A stretch of DNA of 20,000 nt from Proteromonas lacertae (GCA_002245135.1 NGBS01000905.1:46794-66793); one strand, 5' to 3'. Counted from the first letter of the stretch, positions 1 to 12,900 are shown. Made by a program: numbers and translations. Notes: generated from the letters alone by a model not told the origin.

Positions 1-3000
1 TTATATTTGATGGATAATGAACCTTTTCTAAATAAAGAAAATTATTCATCAGTTGTTTCTAATGTATTTGCAACATTTTTGGAGTATAACATTATCCTTA
101 TATATGTATAAATAGAAGATTACAATATTTCACAAGATGTAAAGATGGTTTTGAAGTGATTGAAAAGAGAGGATATTGGAAAGAATGTATTGATTATATT
201 CATAATTTAGTTACTTCATTAGTATATATATATATTATTATTATTATTTATTGAATAGGAACATATGAAAATTAAAAGATATATTGATGAACATATAGTT
301 AATGATTTTGATGAAATATATATTGCACATCCGCTTTATATTCCTTTATATATCTATAATATAATAGGTGATACAAGTATAATAATAATAATAAATATAT
401 ATTTATATGTTTGAATAGGAAATCATTATGTTATACATAAAGAAAAAGGATATTTCATTAACATTCTACACCATTTAAAGTCATTAATAATGAATGATAA
501 TAAACAGTCATTCTGTAGAATGAATGATGTAAATCAAGTCTTTTTTGACTATGATCCATTTAAAGATGATATTAATTTGTTATGGGTGTTGGAATATCTT
601 TACAGTATAATTGCTGTTTATTGTTTGAATAATAACATATTACAGTTAGAAGAAATAATACCAAAAGATGAAAATGAATGTAAAATAATGATGGAAGGTC
701 CATTACGATTATTTGTATTTATTTATTTATATTTCTTCTTATTATTATTATATTAATTAGATTGTAAAAACACAATATCAAAGTGATATGTGGATAAGAA
801 ATGGAAATATATTCAAATATCAAATGAAATATATATTTCAACATTCTGATGTACCCACCTATTTGCTTTATTATATTCAATTATTATTATTGAATATTGC
901 TAATCCAATGCAGTATTTGATAGAAAGATTTGGAATGAAAGATGAAAGAGTAACATGTAATTATAATGCCAATTTTATTCGATTCATATTAACATGTTTC
1001 AATAATTATCCATATGAAAAGAAAAGTGAAAAATTGAATATGAAAGAATATGTCATATCTTTGTTAAATTCTAAAGATTATTCATTTGGTCAAGTTATAT
1101 CAAAGCTACAAAGATATTTCTATTTAAAAGAGTCAATGGAAGTACATAGAATATGTGATGAAATAATCAAAGAATTGAAATGTATTTTAACACCTCGTCA
1201 ATTGTTTGAATCTTCTTATTTCACTTTAAATCCAAATGTTGTTTATGATTATGATATATTCTCAATATATTCATATATTAATCCAGACATTGATTTTGAA
1301 AAGATAAAATTCACTCCATTTGTTAATACAGAATATAACAAACTGTTTATGTTATTACAAGATATTTACAAATCTCCATTTTATTTTATCTTTTTATTCA
1401 AGTTATTGGAAAAGTATAATGATGGAAATTCAATAATATTGAATGAGTATTTATTGTGGATGATGATTCGAAGTTTACAATTCTATCCAAATGAATTAAT
1501 CTCAACAATAAAACCCAAATATATTCCTCTAATTGAAATGTTATGTAATGAATATAACAAGAATGAAAAGAATGAGTTATTGAAATATTTATTAGAGAAT
1601 TTGAGTAAAAAAGATGAAGTATTAAACACAACAATAAAAGAACATTTAAATGAAAAAATGAATGTAAAGAAATCAAACAAAGATTTAATAGCAAAGAAGA
1701 TGGCTTTAATGAAAAGAAAACAAGCTGCATTCACATCTACATTACCAGCAGAATATAATATTGAACCAAATCCAACTTTACCATCATCAAATTCTTCAGA
1801 AGTTTGTTTATGTGCAATATGTAAAGAAGAAGAGAAGAAAGATGATTCATTTGTCTATTTCTTTTTATCTCATTTTACTCCAATATATAATGATGATAAA
1901 GATAATTCTATTCCCATTATAAATTACTGTAGTCATTATGTTCATTTAAGCTGTTACAATTCTAACTTTTCTAATCAATCACATATAAATACTAGAAACA
2001 AATCATCTCCTTTTAAAGTAAATGCTACTGATAGAACTTCAATTGATTTTTGGTATATAGTTGTATATTTATATATTGAAATAGTGTAATATGTAAAATG
2101 TTCTACAATAGAATTGTTCCATCTTCACAATCATTATTTCCCAATTTAGAAAAACCTAGTGTAGTTGATATACTAAATTGTCACTTTAATACAAAATCAT
2201 ATCATAGAATATTACCATCTGGTTATAATTTAAGAAGTTTATTAAATTATTATGGTAAGTACAATCCAACAGAATTTATCACTAAGAATTTTATTCATTA
2301 TATCAGAATGGGTAATACTATAAAACCATTTCAACCATTGAAATCAATGTTAGGTTGTGCTCAAGGTGTTTATTCAGAGAATTCAGAACTGTTTACTCAT
2401 GATTATATCTATAATTTAATCACACAAAACAACCCACAATCCTATTTCTCATTACTAATTCAATATCAAATCGAATATTTGAAGTATTTATTGGAAAATG
2501 ATAAAGTGATTGAAGAAAAGGAATTGTTATTAGAAGATGATATTCAATGTGTTGATTGTGTATTAGAATTCTATAATTGGTTAAAAGATAATGATATTTT
2601 AATAATAAATGCCAATAATAAGTGTTTCAAAGCAACTCAAATCTACAATTTGTTATATAATGAATTCTATCAGATAAGTCAATTATGTTGTTTACTTTGG
2701 GAATGTATAATAAATACAAGTAATATATTCCAACCATCTCAATTAACATTAAGATATTTATTCCATTTCTTCTATCTAGACACAATATTAATTCAGTCAA
2801 CTGAATGTGAAAAGACAGAAGCAGAAGAAAAATTGGATTATAAGTTAGCTTTATTTTTAAATAATACAAAGAATGTTCCAGGATTAGCATCATTTCTATC
2901 AATTAAACAATTGAAGTTTAATAATTTAATTACATTACCAAATAATCGAAATGATTTTATATTATCATATAGAGAAAAAGTATATTTGATTGAAATTCTA

Positions 3001-3431
3001 TTTTGAATAGCATTGTCCAAATTGTACAATAAAAAAACACAATTCAGTATGTTTAATATGTGGTTGTATATTATGTGCTGGAGAAGATTGTTGTAAATAT
3101 AACAATATTGGTGAATCAACAAAACATTCAAAAGAGAAACACAATGAAATTGGATTGTTTTACATATTTCATAGAAATTTAGTATATATTCATCATTTTA
3201 TTATTTTTTTTATAGATAATATTAACATGGAAGGAAATAGCAATTTATTTAATGTCTCCTTATCAAGATGCTTATGGTGAAATAACTCCATATTATGCTT
3301 CCACTGAAATGACTCTAGATCCTCTAAGATATGAGTATTTGCAGCATATATGGAATAATAACTTGTTGATTGAGGAAGTGAATCATAAAAGACTGTCAAG
3401 AGATAGATATATTATATCAAATTTCTTTTGA
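1..3431 (+). CDS. UBR-family (UBR1/2/PRT6-like N-recognin) RING E3 ubiquitin ligase, 5'-truncated by the window, multi-exon
   Basis: Removing GT-AG introns at 84-115, 222-258, 377-418, 715-760, 2053-2084, 2980-3010 and 3182-3215 gives one open frame to TGA at 3429-3431. It contains UBR-like motifs MEGPLR and MWIRNG, a split RING-H2 (CAIC...CSHYVHLSC...CVIC) and the C-terminal Cys-rich domain (CPNC...VCLICG...SPYQDAYGE). Confidence 0.88.
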
Positions 3432-3760
3432 TTGACATGTTAGTATTATTGATTTTTTATTTCTTATATATGAATTGTATTTGAGTTATTACTATTTTCA
3501 TAATGAAACCAACTGCTAAATAGTAAAATTCATTAACTTATTACACATACTCTTTGAAATAAATATATTTACTTCTTCAAGAGTATATTTTAATCAATAT
3601 ATTAATTTGTGTTGTGTAATACCAATTTGTGCTTAACATTCCATTTAAGTGGTAATTACAATGTAATATAATCATAATGTTCGCTTAAAATAATCTAAAA
3701 TGTTACACATTCACACAAGTTTGAGACAGCTTGAGATATGTGTTTCATTTTTAAAAAATT

Positions 3761-5214
3761 ATGAAAACTTTGCTAATATCCTTATTATTAATCTGTATTT
3801 TTTAAAATATAATTATGTATGTATAGCTGTCTTAGCTGACAGACCTACATTACCTTTACCAACAGAACAACAAATTAGATGGCAAGAACTTGAAATTAAT
3901 GGCTTTATTCACTTTGGTGTTAATACATATACTGGTATTAATTTATTGGATAATTTATTTAGGTAGAGAATGGGGTTTAGGTGATGAAGATCCAAATATC
4001 TTCCAACCTACAAAATTAAACACCACACAAGTATAATAATAATTAATATATTTAATATATATAGTGGGTAGAAACATTCCAAATGATTGGAGCAAATGAA
4101 ATTATATTGGTAATAAAACATCACGATGGATTCTTCATGTTCCCTTCAAAGTATACAAATCACACTGTTGCTTATTCATCATGGAGAGATGGTAAAGGAG
4201 ATATAGCAAAAGATTTTGTAGAATCTTGTAGATTATTAGGAGCTGAACCAGCTTTTTATTTATCTCCTTGGGATAGAAATTTCTACAATATGACTTGGCG
4301 TCCAGAATACAATGAATTCTATGAGAAAACGATGAAAGAACTATTAACCAATTATGGAGCAATCTCTGAAATATGGTGGGATTGTGCTAATGCTCAAGAA
4401 AATATGACAATGTTATATGATTGGAAATATTGGTATAATGAAATAAAACAGTATCAAGCTAACTGTGTAGCCACTTGTAATGGTCCAGATGCAATTTGGG
4501 CAGGAACAGAAAGTGGATTAGGTAGAAGAAGAAAATTGGGGTTATTGTAATGGAAATGATATATTTCCATCTGAAAACTTAGTTTATGCACCAAAATTAT
4601 TGGATGTGACATTAAGAGGTGGTTGGTTTTATCATCCAAATGAGAAACCAAAATCAATGAAAGAATTACAAAATATTTATTTCAAAAGTGTTGGTTATGG
4701 TTACAATCTACAATTAAATATTCCTCCAACAAAAGATGGTTTATTTTGTGAAGATGATGTAAATCGAATGAAAGAATTTGGTAAATATTTACATAAAACA
4801 TTTGATGTAGATTATGCTCGATTAGCTGTTCGATTTAATAGTTCAAGTGAGAGAGAAGGATATTATGTATCAAATGTAGTAAATAGTGATAAATATTTAT
4901 ATTGGATTCCAGAAGGTGATTATACAAATAGTGGTTGTATTGAATTATATTTTGATGAATATATATCATTCAATGTAGTAATGTTACAAGAATATATTCG
5001 TGGAGGTCAAACAGTAGCAAAATATCGAATCGAAGTAAAGAATGATGAAGAATGGAAAGAGATCAAAAGTGGAACAACAATAGGTCATAAGAAACTTCAT
5101 TTATTTGATAGTTTAATAAAGACGAATGGAGTTCGTTTAAGTATTGTTGATACTTGGAATTCTTATCCTCCAAAAATCAGTCGATTAGGATTGTTTATTT
5201 CTCCTGAACTATGA
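3761..5214 (+). CDS. Secreted GH29 alpha-L-fucosidase (bacterial alpha-1,3/4 type) with C-terminal F5/8-type C (CBM32-like) domain; one +1 frameshift near 4524
   Basis: ATG at 3761 and signal peptide MKTLLISLLLISVLA; introns at 3795-3826, 3935-3962 and 4031-4064. Motifs FIHFGVNTYTGREWG, KHHDGF, YLSPWDRN, EIWWD (nucleophile), WAGTESG, DVTLRGGWFYH and GTTIGHKK. Dropping one base near 4524 continues as EEENWGYC...LDVTLRGG into ORF 4600-5214. Confidence 0.92.
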
Positions 5215-5346
5215 GAATTGTGATTAATTATTATAATTGATATTATTGTTGTTAAATTGTTTGTGAGTATAATATTATACATGTAAATTAATTATCAAAC
5301 TTTAATCAAGCTCATTTCATTTTGTGTGTAATTATTCAAGGTATTA

Positions 5347-6547
5347 ATGACGTCTAATCAATTAGATTATGTACTTCCTGATCTAGATGAATTGATTTCA
5401 TCAATTGGTAAAGGTGGATATGGTTTAGTCTGTTTAGTTAAGCATGATGGTAAAGAACTTGCTAGAAAGGAAGTAAAATGTAATAATGAAGATTTATACG
5501 TTATTAATTCAACAATTAACGAGATTGAGTTTTTGAAAGAGTTGAAACACGTAAATGTAGTAAAATTAGAAGACTCATACATTCATCTAGATAAAAATGT
5601 GATATATATTTACACACAATATTATGAGAATGGTGATTTATTGAAATTGATATATAAGAAGAAAGATGTGAAAGAAGATTTCTCTCTATATGTATTTTTC
5701 TATATAAAAATATAATTTATAGGAGCTATATAGTTTTATGAATGGTTTTATTAGTGGATTAAAATATATATACAAAGAGAGTATTCTTCATCGAGATTTA
5801 AAACCTGCGAATATATTAATTGGAGAAGATAATCAATTAGTGATTAGTGATTTTGGATTAGCAATAGAAAGAGAAGCGAATGGTGTTAAAATAAGTGGAA
5901 CTATTAATTATATAGCTCCTGAAATATGGAAAGCAACAGCTACATATTCAGAAGAAAGTGAAATATTTTCATTAGGTTGTATATTGTTTGAACTATATAC
6001 ATTAAGAATGGCATTTAATGGAAAAACTCAAGAAGAAATTGTAGAAGAAGTGCTTCATAAAAACGATTTAAATTTTGAAAGAGTAAGAGATGAAAGAATA
6101 ATAGAACTTGAAGAAGTGATAAAAGGAATGTTAGAAAAAGATCCAGAAAAAAGAATGAAAATGTATGATATAGAAGAAAAGAACTATTTATTATCATTTG
6201 ATGCTTGTCGAAAACAAACAAATCCTATTCATATTCCTTCTATATCTACTGATGCGTTATGTCAAAACTGTACTTTAAGCAAAAAGATTGAAAGCTTTGG
6301 AAGCAGCAGCGATTACTATTCATTTGCTGTAGATTTCTATTTAAATAAAGGTTATGTTGAAGGTACAACCTTAAAAGTGATAAGTGAAATGAATGATGAA
6401 GAATTTAGAATATTTTGGAATGATGATTATTTACCTGTATAATTCTTATGATGATTCTAATAGTTGTTATTTCCATCAATTAATCAAGATAATCCACCAT
6501 TTTCAATGGAAGATTTACAACAGTTAAGATCTAATAAAGACAATTAA
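5347..6547 (+). CDS. NEK-like serine/threonine protein kinase
   Basis: IGKGGYG, ARKEV, HRDLKPAN, DFG and GTINYIAPE motifs. Introns at 5692-5722 and 6437-6463; spliced frame ends at TAA 6545-6547. Confidence 0.85.
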
Positions 6548-6554
6548 TGACAAA

Positions 6555-9500
6555 ATGAAGCAACCACAATTATTCATGAATATAATATTATCAAATGATA
6601 TTAAAAAGGTGAAAATCCTAAATGTTAATGAAAAAACAGGAAAGAAAATATCTAAATTCATAGAAAACAACGAATTGTTGTTAAAATATTAGTACTACTT
6701 TACCTACCCTATCGAAAGATTTGAAATGAGTATTTATGGAGATTATATAGTTGTATTGAGAGAATATTATGATAGAGATTTAGAAGAGATAATTAACAGT
6801 AATTTATTGAATATTTGTGATTTTTTTAACATGATATGTTCAGTTTATGACATTTTGATGATACTGGTAGAGTATGATGTAGTTCTAAAGAGTTTGAAGA
6901 GTTCAAATGTTGTGATTGATATAAATAACAATATAAGGATATGTGATTTATTCTTGGATGAACTGAGAAAAGAAGGAGATATGAAAATATATGACATATG
7001 CTTCAAAAGTCCAGAAGAGTTGAATGGATATGAATGTAATGAAAGAAGTGTGATTTGGTCAATTGGTTGTATATTATATGAAATGATTTGTAAGAAATTA
7101 CCATTCAATGAAGATAATAATGTGAATAAAACTATGAATAATATTATGAGATGTAAATACAATTCTGATATGAAATGTGATGATGTGATGAAAGAGATGA
7201 TAGAGAAATTGTTAAAAGTGAGAAACGAAGATAGATTGAGTTTAAAAGAGTTGAGAAAAGAAATGATAAAAATGAGTGAAATATTGAAAGATAACAATGA
7301 AAATATGATGATATGTGAAGAAAGAAAAGAAATATTATACAATAACGATCATTTAATAGAAATATCACCATATGCTGATATTCAATCAAAATACTATCTT
7401 TACCAGTAATAAATATGAAAAGATTAGAAATAACTTGATAAAATCATACAATTATGATCCAAATGAAAGAACATTATCAATGTTACTAAATATGAAATTG
7501 TGCAAAGAAGAATATTATCATCACGAAATTAAAGATAAACTCAACTTTCAAATTTATCATAAATGTAAAGAAAAAGAATGTTATCTAGATGAAATGATTT
7601 TCAATATAAGTACTGATAGATTTGACAAAGAAATGACTAAAATTAGTTCAGAATGTATTTGTTTATGTGAAGTTGGAATGGGATATATCTTCAGAATATT
7701 AAAAATAACTAATCACAAAATAATTGATTTTAGAATAAATACTCCAATAAAACATCAATCATTATTTGCATCATATTTTATAGAATTATCAAATGCACAA
7801 GAAATAGAGTTACTAGGATGTAATCTTACTTTTCATTTTATCAAATCATTTATTAGGATAATTCCTATGATGAAATTGAAATATTTAAATTTAGCAGATA
7901 ACCCAGTTGGATTAAATGGATTGATATTATTACTTCCATATTTACATTTATTAATCTATAAATGGAATGTATTAAATCTTTGTGGAATGAATTTAAATGA
8001 TGAATCAATTATTTTATTATCAGAAGAATTATACAAATATCCAAATCTCAAGAAAATAGATATTAGGTTTAATAAAATTCACTCACAAAGCTTAAAAGCT
8101 TTATTCTCCAAATTTCCAATATCAAATATATCATTAAATCTAAACAATAGATGTAATGAATTGTTGATAGATGCAAAGATACTAGAAACAATTAAATATG
8201 TTAAATACTTAGATTTAAGTAATTCTAAGCTTGATGACGATATATTCAAATCATTCATATATTTAGTATCAAATGAAATCAGAGAAATAAGAAAGTTAGA
8301 TATAAGTAGTATGATTTGATATTTTATTATTATATATAGATAACCAATTAACACATAAAAGTATTGCAATATTGATTGACAATTTATCTTCATTTCCAAC
8401 TTTATTTACAATTCTGCTTCATGGTAATGAGATTAGAGATGTAGGAATGAAAATATTATCTCCTCATATTCAATTATTAATAGATTATGATATTACTTTT
8501 AGGATTAATATATGTAACTGTTCGAGTATTAATATGTTTAATAATGAATAGAAATGGGATTATCTTTAAATGGTTTAAGATATTTATTAAATGGATTAAT
8601 ATATGTAAAGCAACTTATCAGACTTGATATTAGTGATAATGCTATAGATGCAAATGGAATAGAATATTTGATGAATTACATTAAAGAAAGCAATAATGTT
8701 GAGGAGATAATAATTAATAGTATATCATATACCTATTAAAAATATATTTAATAGATAATCATATTGGTAATGTGAGAATAAAACAATTACATGATACTAT
8801 ACCAGAAATAGTGGAAAATTCAAAAATAAAATTATTAACACTATCAATAGATGTTGATGGATTAGCATCATTAGAAAATGAAATTGATTTAATTGAAGGT
8901 AATAAAACAATAAATAATAGTGGTAATAATATTAATAGAATAAAATCAATTTGTTCAAAATCTTTAGAAAATGAAGAATATCCATTTATACGTATGATAA
9001 GTTCATCATGGACAAATTCAGAAATTGAATATTATTTAGATTATTGCATAAAAAGGTATAGAACAGACATTAGAAAATATGATATTTCAAGTATTTATAA
9101 ACTATAATTATTATTCTATAATAGATATGAATATTAATGATTCTCACATATCATTAATAAAACAGATTGATTTTCAAGAAGTTAATTTATCAAATAATCT
9201 CATCACTTATTTAGGCTTAAAAGATATAATGGTTGATTTACCTAAATCTGCAATGACTATTTCTATATTTAATAATGAAATATGAGATGAAGGTTTAGAA
9301 ATAATATGTAAAGATTTCGATAAATTTGTTGATTATAGATCATTAAATCTTTCGAGTATGTTAAATAAATATAATATAATTATATAAGTTGAATAGATAT
9401 TGGAATGAGTATAAATGGTTTAAAAATGTTAATAGAAAGATTAAAAGATTATAGACCTTTAAAAGAGTTAAATTTTACAGGAAATGTTTTAAATGAAAAA

Positions 9501-9575
9501 GAGTTGATATTGATGAAAGAAAATCAAGAAGTATTTGATTGTTTAGATGAATTATCATATAATATAAATGCATGA
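6555..9575 (+). pseudogene. Pseudokinase plus RI-like leucine-rich-repeat gene, disrupted
   Basis: Degenerate kinase domain (VLKSLKSSN for HRDLKxxN, ICDLF for DFG, FKSPE, SVIWSIG) followed by LRRs (LKYLNLADNPVG, LDLSNSKL, LDISDNAIDANG). Introns at 8309-8339, 8526-8551, 8720-8754, 9091-9124 and 9356-9396. Lesions: in-frame TAG 6690-6692, +1 shift near 7372-7409, and in-frame TGA 9283-9285 where the LRR motif NxIGDEG expects Gly. Frame ends at TGA 9573-9575. Confidence 0.72.
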
Positions 9576-9576
9576 A

Positions 9577-9670
9577 ATCCTCTTTTATAGAGGATCCTCT
9601 TCTAAAAGAGGATTTTTAGATCCTCTCTGAAAGAGGAAAGAGGATTTTTAGATCCTCTTTAAAAGAGGAA
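9577..9670. repeat. Terminal array of short ATCCTCT...AGAGGA(T) inverted repeats, including a 22-bp direct repeat
   Basis: ATCCTCT at 9577, 9594, 9620 and 9652, each followed 5-6 nt later by AGAGGA(T) at 9589, 9607, 9632 and 9664, plus an extra AGAGGAT at 9639. AAAGAGGATTTTTAGATCCTCT occurs at 9605-9626 and 9637-9658. Confidence 0.9.
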
Positions 9671-9793
9671 ATATAATTTTATAAAATCCTCTTATTAAAA
9701 AAGATGACAAATGAAAAATCCTCTATCCTAAACATAATATTATTGAAAAAATTAGAAAGCTCTAATGATGAATTATAAAAATTCTTCCTCCAA

Positions 9794-9847
9794 TATGATA
9801 GTATCATACTAGAGGATTATAATTTTTTATGTGTCTATAGTATAGAC
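9794..9847. repeat. Two 15-bp palindromes with the same ATAGTAT core
   Basis: TATGATA-G-TATCATA at 9794-9808 and GTCTATA-G-TATAGAC at 9833-9847. Confidence 0.8.
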
Positions 9848-9858
9848 TAGAATAGATT

Positions 9859-9879
9859 AAAACAAAAATAAGAATATAG
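9859..9879 (-). promoter_or_regulatory. Putative 3'-end/polyadenylation element CTATATTCTTATTTTTGTTTT downstream of pPolB
   Basis: Identical 21-mer also at 15036-15056 (+). The copies lie 26 and 29 nt after a stop codon, in gene-sense orientation. Confidence 0.55.
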
Positions 9880-9905
9880 AATCAGTATATAATATTAGAG
9901 GAAAT

Positions 9906-12900
9906 CTAATTATTGTATCCATAAGGAACTGTTTCATAATCATCCTCAAAGTATCTTTTATCATCAAAATATGTAAGTCCTATCTTTTCTTCATAAGCAG
10001 TATAGATATGATGATTTCTACTTCTAATATGATTAATACCAAACTTCTGTTTAGAAACATATCCATCAACCATTTCAGTATAATCATCTCCTGTCATCTT
10101 ACTTGCTATAGCTGTTATTAATCCTTTACATCTATTGGAGGATTTGAGTGTACCATCATTAACACATTCCTTTTCATAATAATAACATTTGGATTTCAAT
10201 CCTCTAAACTTAGTAATGACATAGAATTTCTTACCATCCTGTTCCTCAAACTTGAGTTTATTTAATGTTCCTGGTTTACATGATAATGAATCCCATTTGT
10301 AGTAATTACTGAAAGGAGGCATATTCAGATTACTTCCATCTATATATTTTTGAAGATGATTGAAATTCCAATAAATATCTTTAGTCTTTACAGAAAAGAG
10401 GAGACTGTCAGTATCTGTCATTAAGAGTCTAACATCTTCTGGTGAATTGTAATGTAATACTCCATCATACCAATACTGTTGCATTAATAATTTAGAAAGA
10501 GCAAGGATTGTCATACCTATCTGAATAGGTTTATTAATTTTGAACATCTTTTTATGATAATGTACTAATCTCAAATCTCCGTGAATAGTATCTATCTTAT
10601 CAAACCAAGGATCTCTAATAGCTTTTCTTGCTTGATTTTCTGACACTACTAATTTGATACTTCTCCTCTTATCAACTCTTTCTAAAGTTTTTCCATAAAG
10701 TGAATTAAGTAATTTCTTCATAATATTAGCAGTAGATGTTTGATGCATTTCCTTCGCATGAACTCTCATATCCTTTAATTGATCAATATGTTTAGACATA
10801 TGTTTACTTTCCAAGAATGTTAGTACTTTATATACTTTTGTTACTCTATATCCATGATCAACTGCAAATTTGAGATTCTGATAATGGATGACATAATGTT
10901 CCTTAGGCAATAAATCAGTAACTAACTTTTCAGAGGAAACATATTTATGAACATCAGGATTTTTCTGATCATCCTCTTTTTGAGAGTATAATACTTCTAA
11001 TTTTTCTTTTTGTATATCTGACAATTCATCATAGCTAATCTTTCTTCTTGAAGGTAGAATAGGATATTCTCTTAAATATTCCTTATAATAGGAAATAGGT
11101 TCAATATCCACTTCTAACATATATCCTGTAGTTTCAAAGGAATCATTCTTATCATAGAATTTAGTAGAATCTAATATCTCATGAAGTTTAGGACAACCAG
11201 GATCTTCATAACAATAAAGATGATAATTCCTTATAGGAAGTTTACATAAATACATTACTGAAGGATATAAGGAATTCATATCCTGATAAACAATAAACTT
11301 TGAAGGTTTCTTTGGATCATAATCCTTCATATAGAAATTATTAGCATCTTCTTTCCTCTTTCCTATATAGGATAATCCTCCATATAATCCATTAAGGATG
11401 AAATCATATATTTCAGGTTCATGAATTAACTCTATCTTAACTGAACTTTCTTTCAAGAACAAATCCAAGGATAAACTAGGAATTGATACATACCAACAAG
11501 GATCAATATGAAAGTGATTAAAGATGTTTTGTCTAAAATCCTCAAATACTGAACATAGGATATCAACATCAATACTTAAATAGAAATTACAATATTCTCC
11601 TATAGAAGCTTTTCCTTCAAACAAAATGTTATTCACTTCCATTGCAAACTTATATTCATCTTCTGTTATTGTTGAATTGGATAAACTTGAATAGAAATCC
11701 TGAATCTTCAAATCCTTTAAATTGATTATCATATTTTTCCAAACAATCTACATATTCATAAGGAAAGAAGTTTTTCTGAAGAAGATACTTATCAATAATT
11801 TCCTCATCTAATTCAGGAAAGTTATCATAAATGACTTTAAACTTTTCCTTTTTACAATTTAACTCTAAAGCTGTTATCTTTAAATCCTCTGTTAAACTAG
11901 ATAATTTTTCAGAAAGGAATTGGTATGAATCAATGAACATTAATCTATCAAAGAATATAGCTTTATAGTTTTCATCAGTAGAAGGAAGGATATCCAAATT
12001 TAAACCAGTCTGTTTAGCAATTTCTGCAAGTTCTCTAATGATGAAATGCTGGTCATATCTCATAGCGTTATGACCAATTATAGGAATCTTGTATCCTTTT
12101 ACTTTAATTGATAAGTTCTCTTTAGAATGAATTGAAGCAATGTACTTTCCAGTGAAATGATTATGATGGAGGACTTTTGGATCAAAAGGAGTAAAAGGTT
12201 TATTACAAAAATCACAAACTGTTTTACTCATATGAATAGCTAAATCTTCCTCATTTTGATCCCAATCTTTAGGATATAAGTTTATTATATTATATAAGTG
12301 TTTTACATCTTTATATACTGTCATGATATCCTCCATAAATTCTTTTTCTAAATTTTCATCTTCGGATATCTTCACATTCATAATAGTTGTAGGTTTAATT
12401 TGAGGAATTTTACTTTCAATATATAAACAATATGATTTTAACTTATGTTCATTTTTGAAGGATCTTAATGTTTTTGTATTTTCCTTAGAATTATCAATAG
12501 GGACAATGTATGCTTCTGTATCGTAATAAATAACAACAGGAATCATATCCTCTCTGTTAGAATGTTCAAATTTCATAAAAGCTTCCTCACTATCCTTATC
12601 AGGAAATATCCTTATTACATTATCAGGATTTTGACAATTTACTGTTTTGTGATTTGCAAATGATTTTGCATTATAAGTATAAAAGGGACAATAAGGACAA
12701 ACCAAAGGACTTGTTTTATTCTTAAATATTACACCAAAAACTAAGCTGAATACTTGATTTAAGGATTTAATTGCACAATAATGTCCTGTAATTACTTCAT
12801 CAGTAGTATCATTATTATTAGGAAGGAATAATAAATTAATAACAGGATTACCAACATTCTTATCAATTATACTATATCTTAATGGAAGGATTTTAGGTTT

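Noticed and set aside
222..418. (TA)n, (TAT)n and (AAT)n microsatellites
   Set aside because: Ordinary low-complexity intron filler.
3700..3966. 88-aa ORF as an independent gene
   Set aside because: It is read-through of fucosidase exon 2 into flanking introns and upstream DNA; ATG 3761 gives a proper signal peptide.
1398..8399. Numerous minus-strand ORFs (e.g. 1398-1730, 2627-2902, 6845-7342, 8079-8399)
   Set aside because: Antisense shadows of well-supported plus-strand genes, with low-complexity F/I/L/S composition and no motifs.
6690..9285. Stop-codon reassignment (in-frame TAG at 6690, TGA at 9283)
   Set aside because: Both lie in one damaged gene. TGA terminates the UBR and fucosidase genes normally, and no other long frame needs read-through.
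9560..9580. Canonical Polinton AG/AGT terminus and 6-bp target-site duplication
   Set aside because: No such terminus is visible, and a TSD cannot be called without the other end.
9577..9670. CRISPR-like array
   Set aside because: Repeats are short with no unique 25-45 nt spacers, there are no cas genes, and the context is eukaryotic.
11714..11722. TTTAAAG slippery-like heptamer (minus strand) at the pPolB frame break, suggesting programmed frameshifting
   Set aside because: The required shift is +1, opposite to canonical -1 slippage on this heptamer. The other breaks share no motif and also affect host genes.
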